From positions 73,098,001 to 73,162,000 of the forward strand of contig JAGIQG010000011.1 in the NCBI GenBank assembly GCA_024679065.1: DNA of 64,000 nucleotides, written 5' to 3'. Under the pieces are notes generated by a model. The model saw nothing but the letters and a program-made list of their open reading frames with translations. It was not told where the DNA came from and did no database searches. The stretch is from Sphyrna mokarran. Lineage: Eukaryota. Below, one piece after another: positions 24,801-38,439 of this stretch. Position numbers and translations under genes: made by a program. Every line of letters begins with the position of its first letter. Position 1 is the stretch's first letter.

Positions 24801-26293
24801 TGCCTTTTTTTTTCACCGTAAACTAATCATGCAGCTCTGCTCATTCCTCCTCCCATTCCAGACTCGGGGGATGCTTCGGAAGATGCTAATCACCAAAACC
24901 CAAATAGTGCAAAAAAAAAACGGCCTTTCTCCGGGAGGCTATGACATTATTCCCTCAGCTGAAGTAGCATTCTATCACTGAATTCTCTGGCCTCTCACGC
25001 ATGGTTATCACTGCCAGCGAGAATGGGGAACTTGGCACCCAGCCAAATCTCCATTCACAGCAGCAAGACTGCAGAATCCCAGCTGCAACAGGGTTAGAAA
25101 TCTGGCCAGTGCTGTCTCATTTTAGGTGAAGTCCTAAGAGACATCCTCAAGTCTTGGTGGAGTCCTGACAAATTGTCTCAGAAAGTATCCTGATGTACAT
25201 CAGAAGTCCTCATGCCCAACAGGAATGACCATGTAATGGTAAGTACCCTTCAACCGTTGAGTATTGCTTTAAGTCGTAACATCAGTTTTATTGCCAAACA
25301 GCTGGTTGCTCTTAAGAGAGGGTTGAATAAAAGCAACCAAAATGCCATGCCATCTCTTTATTGAGTGCCAGGTGGTATTTTGTACACCATTCAGTCTCTC
25401 AGCAGCTGTTCCCATAGCATTTGGATTCAACACTTTTACTAAGATGGCATCTTGTACTACATGCGAATAAAACTAGTGCTTGAGAATGAAACCCCATCCT
25501 GGTCATCTCTTTGTTGTTCGAGACTTTTGGGGAAAATTGCCCTCTGCTTGGTGCTAATTTTACAATTAATTTTAATTGGATTCTGCTAAGGAAAGGATAC
25601 ACAGAGGATGGAATTTTCCCATCCGGCCCGCACAGGAATTGTAGCAGGCAGGACAGGATCATGCAAACACCTGTTGATGCGGATGGGATTATCCAGTCTT
25701 GGGGTGAGTGTGGATGGGAAATCCTACCCAGAATCTAACATTTCCAAAGTATCTTTAAAACAGCATTCTCCATTGCACAACCTGTCTACACGACAAAGGA
25801 ATGGCAAGACTCATGGCAGACAACTTTAGGGACTGCTAATTATTCTAGAAATTCATATTATCTTTGAATTTTGTGCTGGATTTAAATCAAGAATGCAATT
25901 GGTCCTACAACATCAATGGTTTGCCAGTTTTAAAAATTAAAATCCTTTACGCTGCCTGACAGTCTGTTTAAAAATGGAGTTTGGAGCTGCAACTTACTTT
26001 ATAATGTAAAATCTAATACCACTCCACCCACGATGTTTAGATCAGTAACTTAGACAACAATATGCATGAGTGATATTTTACAGGGGATGAAATCTATACA
26101 TGTTGAAGGGACAATTGTTACCTTAAAACATAAAAAATACTTATCATTTACCAACAAACTACACCATGTTTTCAGTAGACTAACCAACAGTAACACTAAT
26201 AAAGATTTATCTTGCACTCTAATTCTTGTTAATTGTATGCTATTCTCTCCTATCATTTTTTGTACCAGAGGAAAATGTGAGGAACATGTACAT

Positions 26294-26600
26294 GGAGGGT
26301 GGCACAGTAGCACAGCAGCTAGCACTGCTGTCCCACAGTACCTGGGACCTGGGTTTGATTCCTGGTTTGAGTCATTGCCTGTGTGGAGCCTGCACGTTCT
26401 TCCCATGTCTGCATGGATTTCTTCCGAGTGCTTTGGTTTCCTTCCATATTCCGAAAGATGTGCTGGTTAGGTGTATTGCCATATTAAATTCTCCTTCAAT
26501 GAATCTGGACAGGTGCTTGAATGTGGCGACTGAGGGATTTTCTCAGTAACTTCATTGCAGTATTAATGTAACTCCACTTGTATCAATAATAAATAAACTC
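26294..26600 (+). mobile_element. V-SINE/HE1-type SINE, tail B
   Basis: Head, V-domain, cagtaacttcattgcagtattaatgtaa..aataataaataaac. Confidence 0.9.
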
Positions 26601-26694
26601 ATAAATTTTTTAAACATATTCCTAAAGAATTAGTAGATAGGACTATAATACCAGGAAATTAAAACTACTGGCGGTGACAGGTAATTTTTTTTTC

Positions 26695-27210
26695 TCTATT
26701 CATTTAGGAAGTGTTGGCATCACTAGCAAGGCCAACATTTATTATCTATCCCTAATTTCCCTTCAGAAGGTGATGGTAAGCTGTCTTCTTGAACTGCTGA
26801 AGTCTTTAAAGTGTAGTACATCCATAGTACTATTAGGAAGGGAGTTCTAGGATTTTGACCCAGCGACATTGAGAGAACAGCAATATATTTCTAAGTCAAG
26901 ATGATGAATGGCTTAGAGGGGTCTCTCTGGTGGTTGTTCCATGAATCCGCTGCCTTTGTCTTCTAGACTGTTGTGGAAGGCTGTCTAATGAGTCTTGATG
27001 AGTGGCTGCAGCTCACCTTGTAGGTGATGCACAATACTGTCAATGTGCATCAGTGGTGGAGGGAATTAATATTTTTGGATGGAGCTGCTTTGACCTGGAT
27101 AATGTCAAGCTTCTTGGCTGCTGTTGGAGATTCAATCTTCCAGAGACTACACTTGACTTTGCCTTGTAAATTGTGGACAGGTTTTGGGAGTCTGAATGTA
27201 AATTATTCGC
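26695..27210 (-). mobile_element. Zenon-like LINE 3' part
   Basis: SQNLSTIYKAKS in minus ORF; same tail as 4978 and 19925. Confidence 0.8.
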
Positions 27211-27339
27211 CATACAATTTAGATTGACATTGGTTATTTTAGAAGGTAGTATTATAGAAAGACAATTTCTGACCTGATGGTACTGTTGGTAGTGTATGTC
27301 CTTGTTTTGATGGCATCCCATCTCGGTTATAAAGCTTTA

Positions 27340-28160
27340 CAGCATAGAATGAGGACCTTTGGCCCATCATATTTGTGCTGGCCATCAAACATCTATCTAT
27401 CTTAACCCATTTCCAGTATTTAATCCGTATGATATGTCATTTCATGTGACCATCTAAATGCTTCTTAAATGTTGTGGTGGTTCCTGCCATTCTTTCAGGT
27501 AGTGAGTTGCAGATTCCGACCACCTACTGGGTGAAAAAGTGTTTCCTCAAATCCTCTCTATATCTCTTACCTGTTCATTATCTTCTCTACCATCTACTAG
27601 GGGGGATACTTCCTTCCTATTTATATCCCTCATAATTTTGAACACCTCAATCAAATCCACCCTCTCTGTTCCAAGGAAAACAACCCCAGCCTGTCCAACC
27701 TCTCTTCATAGCTGAAACATTCAGCCCAGGCAACACCCTGGTGAATCTTCTCTGCGTCCTCTTTATACAATCACATCCTTCCCATAATGTGACCACATGA
27801 ACTGCGCACAGTGCTCTATCTGTGATTCGACAAATACTTTATACAGCTATATAATAATTTCCCTGCTTTTATATTCTATGTCTCAGCTAATAAAGGCAAG
27901 AATCCCATTTGCCTTCTTAACTATCTTATATACCTGCCCTGCTGACTTTCGGGACCTTTGGACACATGCCCTAAGAACTCTCTGGTCCTGTGTACTTCAT
28001 AGAATCCACTCTGTATTCCCTCACCTTGTAAATCCTCCCAAAATGCATCATCTCACACTTTTTGAGGTTAAATTCCATTTTCCACTGTTATCTCTATCTG
28101 GCCAGTCCATCTATGTCATCCTGTAACCCAAGACTTTCCTCATCACTATTTACCATCCTA
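27340..28160 (-). mobile_element. CR1 LINE 3' part
   Basis: Reverse strand EHCAQFMWSH, RRFTRVLPGL..SYEERLDRLGLFSLEQR motifs and CR1 tail. Confidence 0.85.
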
Positions 28161-28338
28161 TTGACAATTCATGTAGCTTTATAAAACATAATATGGAAAA
28201 CATTGTGATTCAAGTGTAGAGGATTTAATAGTTTTGGGAATATGACCGTAACATCAATAAGCTATAATTACTGTGGTAATATGCGTTTTCATCAATTTGG
28301 TAAAGTGTTGTACACAAGAAACATGAAGTAACACATAT

Positions 28339-28455
28339 GCTGGAATTTTCCTATCCCGCCCATCACGGGAATCATAGTGGGTGGGGTTCACCCATGCAAA
28401 GGTATGTTGGACAGGATTTTCCAGTTTTGGGATGAGTGCTGAGAAATCCTGTCCA
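28339..28455. mobile_element. Harbinger-type MITE (~120 bp)
   Basis: gctggaattttcc..gaaatcctgtcc termini; shared core. Confidence 0.65.
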
Positions 28456-29916
28456 TTGTTCCACCTTCCCTCAAAACCTGGGGTTGACTTAACACATGAT
28501 ATGTGAAAAGTTATGGATTTTTGGACCAAAAATCTGGACTCAACTTCTACATGAGAGGGATTGACGACTGTTCAAGTGTATAAGGTAATTCTCAACATGA
28601 ATCTCATACCCTGGCCAATGAATTACCACATTCAACTCTGCTTGACAACTAAGCAGATTCCAGATTACATCAGCAAATTATTCCTTTCAGCTTTTTCCTT
28701 TCAATCTTTGGCAAAAATAAGTTGAGCCAAAATTGTCACAGTGAATGTTGCAAAGGAACAAAATGCAAACCTCATTAGCTCGCTCCAGTCTTCAATAGGT
28801 TAAGCCAGCAGAATTGCTCTTCACGAATATAAGCACAGCTGTTTGCCAAATCTGAATGTTTCATATTTATTAACGGCACCAGATTGTCCAACATCTGCAA
28901 TGTTGCAAAAACAGGGAGGACCCCTAATCATCTTTTCTTCCTTTAGGAATTAAGCTGTTTCCTTCACGTCGAGTGACCTAATACCAACAATTTAAAAAGG
29001 CAATTGTCCTGGGTGCGGTATGAATATGGAACGTGTCTAATTATATGGTGTTGCATGAGACTCCTTCTGACACATACATAGCACTTTGGATGCAAATATC
29101 TGTGACCCACCCACCCCCTCCAGTAAATGTTACTGTTAGCCAATCGTGCCAACTTGGATTCTAGTCGAATAGATAATTTCAAATGCGATCTCAACATCTG
29201 TTTGGTCGGGTAAAGGACCACAGATCAAAAGAGTCGCTGCTGCAAAAAGAGAAGGATTGAAAGTCTGTTAGAAATGACCCATCTAAAATGACAAAAATAT
29301 TTGGAGCTTCACATTCCAGCTGAATGTTATGCTTTGAGCAATTTTTAGATTGATACTCCCAGGCAAACAGGGAAGTTTTAACAGTTTTAAACATACCGTG
29401 GAAATGAGACTGGAGCTTACGGATTTAACTCTCCTCCGCAAGAATTGCCTTGCTTGTGGAAAGCAGAGGCACTTGCCAAAACAAAGGCCACAGGAATCTC
29501 TATCTGAAGGCTCAAGTCCAGCATATATATGTCCCAGCCTGTTTGCCAAACCTTCTGCAGAACTCCTGCCAGAGTTAAAAAGTTATGACAGAGTACATCA
29601 CAAGCAGCAGAGAAATTCAGCCATGAATTCAGAATAAGCTTGGAAGATTGTGACGCTAATTATGGCCAGGGTTAATTAAATACCTGGTGTAGTCTGGCTG
29701 TTTCTATGTTGCTGTGCTCCTCTGAAAAGTCTGCTGATAATCTACCAGTCACTGTTGAATAGTGAGTGGATAGCTTTGTGTTCTCAAGCCGTTTTAACAA
29801 GGATGAAACTAGGCACGATGATAGATGAGTGAGAAACTATGACAAAACAGATTTTGCATGGTCTATGGTCGAAGCGAGCCTTTCTCATACTGCCATTCAT
29901 GGAAAGTACAGCAACA

Positions 29917-30225
29917 GGGCAGCATGGTGGCACGGCAGTTAGCGCTGCTATCTCACAACGCCAGGGACCCGAGTTCAATTCCAGCCTGGGGTAACTGCCC
30001 ATGTAGATTTTGCATATTCTCCCTGCATATGTGTGAGTTACCACTGGGTGCTCCAGCTTCCTGCCACAGTCAAAAGGTTCGTGGGTTAGGTTATTGCTAA
30101 GTTAACCCTTACTGTCAGGGGTAAATATATGTGGTTATGGGGCTAGACCCTGGGTAGGATTGTTGTTGGTGCAGGCTTGATGGGCAGAGTGGCCTCCTTC
30201 TGCACTGTAGGGATCCTATAATTCT
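29917..30225 (+). mobile_element. V-SINE/HE1-type SINE, tail A
   Basis: Head, V-domain, ggcctccttctgcactgtagggatcctataattct tail. Confidence 0.9.
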
Positions 30226-31270
30226 GCAATGCCCAAAGAACATCATGCAATCTGAATTTTTGAAAGTCTACAATATCTTCACCAAATCGAAAATATATCA
30301 ACTTACATCTAAAATCTATATATTCCACTCAGGATAAAATCATATTACTTCAATAGTAAAAAAGGAAACTTAAAATGAAATCAGAACAGAAAAATAAGGT
30401 ATTATATCCTACTACATAACACTACTTTGAGATCTTGCCTGCCTGGAACACATATTCCAGCACGAATTAAGCACAATTTTTTGATCATTCCTTGAATGAA
30501 AAACTGGCCATCCAATATTTTTTCAGCAAATATAACTTGCTGTAGAATCTATGGGGCTTGAATTTCATTCCCAATAAAGGCCTCAGTACAGGTACTGTTG
30601 GCATGGCAGGGTGTCATTTGTTATGGAGCACTAAGACAAACAGAACTTAGGTTCAGCTCAATCTGTAACAGTAGGATTCTCTCCTTTTACAGCCTAGTTT
30701 AATTATATAACCCATTAGTAATTGCAGCACATCTGGGGTGGGGTGGGGGGGGGAGGTGGTTAAGGGTGGCTGATTGGGAGGAGGTAGTGGGATAGTGAGG
30801 CGGTAAGGAAGGAGCTGGGCTTTGAATAAAAAAGATTTGCCAACTGTTTTCATTTTCCCACTATAGACTTATTGAGTGCAGCTGCCTGTAGTGGTGCAAT
30901 GTTCTGCCATTGAAAGCTTGTGAATCAAGTTTAATTTATCCTTTCCCAGACTTATTAGTTCCCTAAGCTTTTTTTAAGCTATAAATCTGTTTGGCTGATC
31001 TCTGCTCTTGAAAATCAATCTGTCCTTTTTTTCTTAAGCATGTGGATAAATGTATTTATTTAAGAGTGCAAGGGAGCCATACTTCATTCCGAACAGGGGA
31101 ATGCTATTCAAATTTTGGTCATTTATACTTCCTTAAAAATAATACAGCTTGATCAGGGAGAGAATGGATACAGACAAGATTTACAAAAGTAACACAGGCA
31201 TCTTGAAAAGCAATTAAATACAGCTCAAATCTTTATTTGTGCTTAAGACTTGTCATTAAATTGGGTACAA

Positions 31271-31568
31271 GGCGGCACGATGGTTAACACTGCTGCCTCA
31301 CAGCGGCCGGGTTCGATTCTGGCTTCGGATAACTGTCTGTGTGGATTTTGCATGTTCTCCCCATGTCTGTGTGGGTTTCCTCTGGGTAATCTGGTTTCTT
31401 CCTGCACTCCGAAAATGTGCGGATTAGGTTGATTGGCCATACTAAATTGCCTCTGAGTGTCAGGGGGATTAGCAGGGTAAATGGGTGGGAAAGGGCTTGA
31501 GTGGGATTATTATCGGTGCAGGCTCAATAGGCAAAATGACCTTCTTTTGCACTGCAGGGATTCTATGA
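31271..31568 (+). mobile_element. V-SINE/HE1-type SINE, tail A
   Basis: gggttcgattct B box, V-domain, gggattctatga tail. Confidence 0.9.
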
Positions 31569-32344
31569 CACTGAAATTCTTTAAGTAAGGCATTAATATA
31601 GAGTTTATGCATGAAACACAATAAAAACTTGATACAATTAATCAAGTGAGGAAAAAGAACAGTTATTGGGCAAAGATATTTTTCCATCTTTATTTTCACT
31701 ATATGAAGTTCATTGCCAAAATGTACTTGCAAAAAGTTAACCCCATGGAAAAAAAAGTTAATGCCTGTTATTTTCTTGTTCAAGGCAATAAGGAATTTTG
31801 CTAGTAATGAAATCGATAAGAAGGTTCATTGCTCATTTATTGCTGTTAATTAGCTTTACAAAAGAAGGTTGACCATAGCAATGAGAGAATTGAATTATAA
31901 TTATTACACAGGGCACAGAGCTAGTGGAGAGGGAGGCTGGGGAACTCAAGAGGCCATAGGAAATGCACTACTCATAAAACAAACTGCTCGCCTTCATTTC
32001 AAGCAACATTTCAAAAGTAATTCATGAGATGTGAAACACTTTGGAATATCCTGAGGACATGAAAGGCGTTATATTGATGCAAGCTCTTTCTTCCCTCTTT
32101 ACTCCAGGGAGTGGATTTACTGCAATGAATGCAGTTACCTCACAGATAACAGTGCACGAGGACACTGAGGCTCAGCAGGGAAGCTGTTTTTTTATATAAA
32201 AAAGTGTGACCTAGCTCATGATAGCCTGCAGAGACGAGTCAACCGAACATTGCACCCACACTAATATGGCGCAGGTTCCTCGCAGTCACCCAGAAGGGAT
32301 TTCTCAAATGTCAGTTGCTATGTTTTACATTGTATTAATGTAAC

Positions 32345-32368
32345 CACACACACACACACACACACACA
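32345..32368. repeat. (CA)12 microsatellite
   Basis: Direct reading. Confidence 0.95.
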
Positions 32369-33036
32369 CCACTCCATAAACTTAAGCGTGAATTACCAAC
32401 AGAGGGATGGGAAGCAACTGAAGTTTGGGGCGATCAATTTCCTCGTAGATTTTACCACTTCGTTTTTTGCTTGAAAAGGAACAAGAATGTAAATCTGCAT
32501 TCTTTACAATCAAAAGATATGAAAAATATCTTACTAAAAGTCCATTTGAGTGATTATCATACGCACAATCTAACACAATTAATAAATAAAACTTTAAGAG
32601 ACTTGTACTGTAAGATATAATTACTACATTGAAATATTTATCAGTCATATTTATTTCTTAGGCCATTAAGCAACATTGTAGTAAATCAGTGAAAGAATTA
32701 GGTAATAAAAAAGGAAAAGGAATCTTCTAGTCTACATTCTAAGCTAACAAATATCCTTCCACCCTGTGAAAAAGGCTTTGTCAGCTGCAATTTTAAAAGT
32801 AATAGTTCTATTTTTTTCATTTAAAAAAAATCAATGAAAAATCCCTTACTGAGTAATTCAATGCATTTTTGTGCTTGTGTGTTAATTTTTTTTTCCGACA
32901 ACTCCAGGAGTTAAAAGTTTCAGAGGAGATTTGTCAGAGGCACTCAAAGTTGAGCAGATTTTGGTAGATTGGATAGAGAAGCTGTTCCTGCCAACAGAAA
33001 TGTGAGCAACCAGAGGTCACAGATTCAGAAATGAGG

Positions 33037-34955
33037 AAACACGGAAGCTAGAAGCAGGAGTAGGCCATTCTCCACCATTCACTTTGATCACGGCTGATCA
33101 TCATATTCAATACCCAGATCCAGCGCTCTTCCCATATCCCTTGATCCCTTTAGCCCCAAGAGCTCTAGCTAATTTGTTCTTAAAATCAGACAACATTTTG
33201 ACCTCAACTACTTCCTATGACAGTGAATTCCACATATTCCCCACCCTCTGTGTGAAGAACTTTCTCCTCACCTCAGTTCTGAAAAGTTTACTCTCAAACT
33301 ATAACTCCTAGTTCTGAGACCTTCATCATTGGGAACATTCTTTCTGAATCTAGCCTGGCTAACCCAATTAGAATTTTATAAGTTTCTATGCGAACCCTGC
33401 TCACTCATCTAAACTCCAGTGAATATAATCCTAATCAACTTAGTCTCTCCTCATGTGACAGATCTGCCATCCCAGGAATCAGTCTAGAAAAACTTCACTC
33501 TACTCTCTCTATAGCAAGTATATCCTTCCTCAGATAAGGACACCAAAACTACACACAAGATTCCAAGTGTGGCCTCATCAACACCCTACACAATTGCAGC
33601 AAAACATCTCTATTGCTATACTCAAACTCTCTCATTATGAAGGCAAACATATCATTTATCTTCATTATTGCCAGTTACAACTGTACGCTTACTTTCAGCA
33701 ACGGGTGATGAGGACAGCAAGATCTCGCTAAGTATCCACTTCTCTCAATTTACGCTTGTTCAATTACAAAGAACCAAGAACAAAGAAAGTACAGCACAGG
33801 AACAAGTCCTTTGGCCCTCCAAGCATGTGCTGATCATGATGTTCTAACAAAGAAAAATCTTCTGCCCTTACTCAGTCCTTATCCCTCTATTTCCCTCTTT
33901 ATTCATGTACCCATCCAAATGCTTCTTTAATATTGCTAATGTGCCTGCTTCCACCATATCTTTATGCAGTGTGTTCCAGGCACCCACCTTTCACTGCATG
34001 ATAAAACTTACCTGCACATATCCCTTAAACTTTGCTCCTCTCACCTTGAACCTGTGCCCAGTTGCAATTGACACTTGCACTCTTAGAAAAAGTCTCTCAC
34101 TATCCGTCCTGTCTACGTCTCTCATAATTTTGTATTATGTATCTGGTCTTTCCTCAGCCTCTGCCCTTCCAGTGAAAACAATCCTTGCTTATTCAACCTC
34201 TCGTCAAAGCCTACATTTTCAAACCAGGCAACGTCCTGGTGAATCTTTTTTGCACTGTCTCCAAAACTTCCATATCCTTTTAATAATGTAATGCTCCAAA
34301 TGTAGCCTAAACCAATGTTTTATATAGCTGCAACATGATTTTCCAACTCCTGCATTCAATGTTCCTGCTTATGATGGCAAATACACCATATGCTTTCTTA
34401 ATCATCTTGGCCACCTGTGTTGCCACTTTTAGGGAACTGTGGATCTGCACATCCAGATCTCTCTGTTTCTAAGATTTCTGCCATTTAAAGTATAATTCAT
34501 CCCTAAATTTGATCCTCCAAAAGGTATCACCTTACATTTGCCATTTCTGTGCCCAAGTCCCCAACCTATCTATAATCTATAATAATCTGTTTTCCTATTA
34601 ATGCTACCAAAATGGATAATCTTCACTTTTCCACATTATACTACATCTGCCATGCAGACGCCCACATATTCAGCCTATCCAAATCACGCTGAAGCATCTC
34701 TGTATTGTCCTCACAGCTCACCTTCCCACCCAACTTTCTAGCATCTGCAAATTTGGAAGTATTTCATTCAGTTCCCTCTTCCAAATCATTAATGTATAAT
34801 GTGAACAATCGGGGTCCTAGCACAGATCCCTGTAGAAACTTACTAGTCACCCACTGCCAATCAGAAAAAGACCCATTTACACCAACTCTTTGCCTCCCGT
34901 CTGTTAGCCAGCTTCCTATTCCTCTCAGGACATTACCTACAATCCCATATAATTG
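33037..34955 (-). mobile_element. CR1 LINE (RT to 3' end) with a second CR1 nested at ~33767-34580
   Basis: [40 protein letters not shown] in ORF 34764-34985; a second CR1 tail (ttctttgttcttgg) begins at 33767; an older + strand CR1 flanks both sides. Confidence 0.88.
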
Positions 34956-35027
34956 ATTATGGTCTAGAATGCAGTTTGGAAGCAAAATCAGAAGTAACTT
35001 TCAAAAGGGAATTGGATAGCTATCTGA

Positions 35028-35338
35028 GGGTGTCACGGTGGCATAGTGGTTGGCATTGCTACCTCACAGCACCAGGGATCCTGGTTCAATTCCTGCCTTG
35101 AGTGACTGACTGTGTGGAGCCTACACATTCTCCTCATGTCTGCGTGGGTTTCCTCCAGGTGATCCGGTTTCCTCCCACAATCCAAAGATATGAGGAATAG
35201 CCTTGGCAAATTTACTCTCTTGGGAGATTAGCAGGGTAAATATGTTGTGTTATGGACAGAGGGCCTATGTGGGACTGTTGTTGCTACAGGCTCAATGGGC
35301 TGAACAGTCTCCTTTTGCACTGTAGGGATTCTTTGATT
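35028..35338 (+). mobile_element. V-SINE/HE1-type SINE, tail A
   Basis: Head, V-domain, gcactgtagggattctttgatt tail. Confidence 0.9.
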
Positions 35339-36121
35339 CAATGAAATATAGAATGTTGCAGGGCTATGGGGAGTGTATAAGGATAGAGAAGACTGATCAG
35401 GTGGGTGACTAGATGCTCAGGGAAAGGTAGACAAATTGATGGATACATTTCACAGTACTCACTTCTTTGATGTGATCTCGGGCCTGATTGCCCTGGGGAG
35501 TAAAGGTGAGGCTGGTGGGGATTATTATGGCATATTTCCTTTTTGTACATTTTTACAATGCATTTGGCCATGCTGACTACATCACCAGTAAAAGTGTGTG
35601 AAGTCATTGACAATTCCAACATGTAACAGGGCCCATCATTTTTATGCTGACTCTTTGTTTTTGCAATACAAATCTAATCACATTGCTCTACTTCCCTTCT
35701 CTGCCATCCTACAGCCTCATACCTAGCTCTGCTGCAAATATTTATCCAATTGATTTGTAAAAGATCAAATGGTCTCTGCCTCAACCACTCCCTGTGGTAA
35801 AGCACTCCATGTGGGTAGCAATCAGAAAGTGCAAGAATGCTGCTGCTGAGCCAGCTAAAGAGCCACTTAACCAGTATAAATAGTGCTCTGTGGGCCAATC
35901 CAGCACTGGAGCATGTAATTTCTGTGAGGAATGAAAGGAATGAGGTAAGATTTACGGATTGAGAGCTGCAAATGATGGTCGAAGCCATGAGGGCACAGAG
36001 ACTGCTCTTTATAGAGTGAAAAGGCCATGCATTTGGTCAGGGAGTGTCGGAGGGAGATGGCTCCAGCATATAGGAGGCCAATGCTTCAACGTGAAGTTGT
36101 AGATCAGGGAAGCAAGACAGT

Positions 36122-36248
36122 GGGTCGGAATTTGACCATCCTACTCTTCACAGGAATTAGAGCAGCGAGGCATGGACCATGGAAAGGTCAGTTGACCTTG
36201 GGCAGGATTTTACAGTTTTGGGATGAGCGAAGCCGGAAAATCACACCC
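36122..36248. mobile_element. Harbinger-type MITE
   Basis: gggtcggaattt..aaaatcacaccc termini; shared core. Confidence 0.7.
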
Positions 36249-36744
36249 AAGATCTCCAGAAGAAGATGTGAGACATGAAGAAAAGTAAATATGAAAATGA
36301 GCATGAATCAGCTTAATGTTCTATATCAGGACACTATAAAGGCAAGTTTCAGCTTGAAAAAAAGGCTTGCATTTATAGGATGTCTTCCAAGACCTTTGGA
36401 CATCCCAGAGTGTTCTTCAGCCAATAGAGATCAGCTTATGCTTGATCTAAATTTACGCAGTTATCAGTTGTAAATACAATTTACAAGGAAGGAATGAATA
36501 TAACTGTGAATAGGGAATATGTGAATTTAGTGTTACTAAGACAGATTGAAGACAAATTACTTACATATACATCTCATAATTGCAACACATGCAGTCAGCT
36601 CTTAAAACATCCTGACATCATTTCTCTTAAAAGTTACTTTTCTTTGAGGCATAATATCATAAAATTGTTCTCCTGTTTGAAATTCATGGCACAGAAAGTA
36701 TTTCTCATTCAACACACATTTGTCTTCTCCCTGGCCAGCATTAA

Positions 36745-36892
36745 TGGCATTTAAATGGTCATTGGATAAATATATAGATGATATTGGAATAGTGTAGGTG
36801 AGATGGGTTTTCGGTTGGTTTCACAGGTCGGCACAACATCAAGGATCGAAAGGCCTGTACTGCACTGTAATGTTCTATGTCTATGTTCTATG
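36745..36892 (+). mobile_element. CR1 3' end
   Basis: ggcctgtactgcactgtaatgttctatgtctatgttctatg tail. Confidence 0.8.
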
Positions 36893-36913
36893 CAGAAGCA
36901 TGTCACCTCCTAC

Positions 36914-37100
36914 AGATGTGGAAATGCCAGCATTGGACTAGGATGGCACAGTAAGAAGTTTCAGAAAACCAGGTTAATGTCCAACAGGTTTATTTGGAAT
37001 CGCAAGCTTTCAGAGTACTGCTTCTTCATCAGGTGAGTGGAGGTAGGTTCACAAACATATATTGGCAAAGGCAGAATTGCAAGATAATTACAGATTGGAA
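36914..37100 (-). mobile_element. Penelope pseudo-LTR fragment with hammerhead core
   Basis: Minus strand tcac-ctgatga-agaagcagtactct-gaaagctt-gcga (37000-37036), then the same 3' end as 22410-22497. Confidence 0.82.
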
Positions 37101-38146
37101 TTAAGCATCAAACTCCAGATGAACAGTGTTTCTATTGACCCTTCATCACAGATATATTGACCAATGGAAAGTACACTTGAGGAAGTTTTTGGTTTATAAC
37201 TAGGCCATCAACTGAGGTAGTTTCAGGTTGAAAATGCACAAAACAAAGGATTGGAATACACAGCACAACCCTAACTTTCTCTGTACCAATGGATTTCAGC
37301 AAGCATAAATCAGGGAACGTTCTGCCTCACAAGGTGTCTGATCCTGTCAGCGCAGTAACAATATTCCCAACTGTGTCCATTGACAAGCCTTTTCTTCAGA
37401 TGGAACCCACTAGCTAGTGTCACTGAAGCACTGATCATCTCTATTCCTTCAAATAAACACTAGCCCAGAGACACAATATAATGAATGACCTGCTGCACTG
37501 AACTGAAACCGCGCCGCTAGTTTTGCTGAGTTGCTTTGTGGTTCTGACCTATGCAATCTGCTTTGAAAGGAAGGATAGTTCATGAGCACAAACAGCTGCA
37601 CCAGTTATCCTGTAATATATATGATGTTAACGGCTGGTACAACGCTGGGTGATGTTGTAAATCAAGGATTCTCTAACCTGCAGAATACCTTGGAGTGTAC
37701 AAGCATCAGTGGCGTCTACAGGTCAGACTTGAGACATGCAGACAGTAAGTGTAGTTACAGCATCGTTCGCAGCCCTCCCATTTCATGCTGCTGTGGCACT
37801 GAGACCTTGTTGAGCTACAATGTGCTGAAACGGTGGAGTGCCAGACCCGAGAATTCAGTTAGCAGCAGGGGGGAGGCATGCAACTGGAAACAAGACACCA
37901 AAGCTGGTTCTGAAGTTGGTGCCAGTTTGTCGCCTGCAGCTGTTTTTGGGAAAGTGGCAGGGAAAAGATGTGAAAGCAATTAGGCTAGGCCTTATGACCG
38001 ATGCAAGCTGATCCTGGGAAACACTCGGTTCAAACACACCAAGGTAAGGTATCAAATGAAGATTTGAAGCTGGCTACTTAGGAAGCCTCAATATTACACC
38101 AAAGTACATCATGGAGTAGAGTACAAACAGCAGAAAGCAACATTAT

Positions 38147-38270
38147 GGGTGGAGATTTCCAGCCTCGCTTGCCCCAAAATCAGAAAATCCCGTCCAAGGT
38201 CAATGAACCTTTGCATAGTAACCCCTCGCCCGCTAAGATTCCTGTGGCGAAGGGCCAGGAAAATTTCCTC
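38147..38270. mobile_element. Harbinger-type MITE with TAT flanks
   Basis: tat|gggtggagatttcc..ggaaaatttcctc|tat. Confidence 0.75.
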
Positions 38271-38439
38271 TATATATTTAACTGTTTAAAACAAACGACT
38301 CTTAGAATGATAAAATTCTCCAGGATGCTTCACTGGAGCATTATGAAGCAATATTTAAGACCATGACATTGATCAGAGAGGTAGGTTTTAAGGAATGTCA
38401 TAATGGAGGAAGGAGAGGCAGCCAGGTAACTGGTGGATC

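Noticed and set aside
29350-29637. 95-aa ORF in a TE-free block
   Set aside because: Non-ATG start and no recognisable homology; length is compatible with chance.
37582-37983. 133-aa ORF in unique sequence, with a partial CTCF-like site at ~37862
   Set aside because: No recognisable domain or splice context; the motif match is incomplete.
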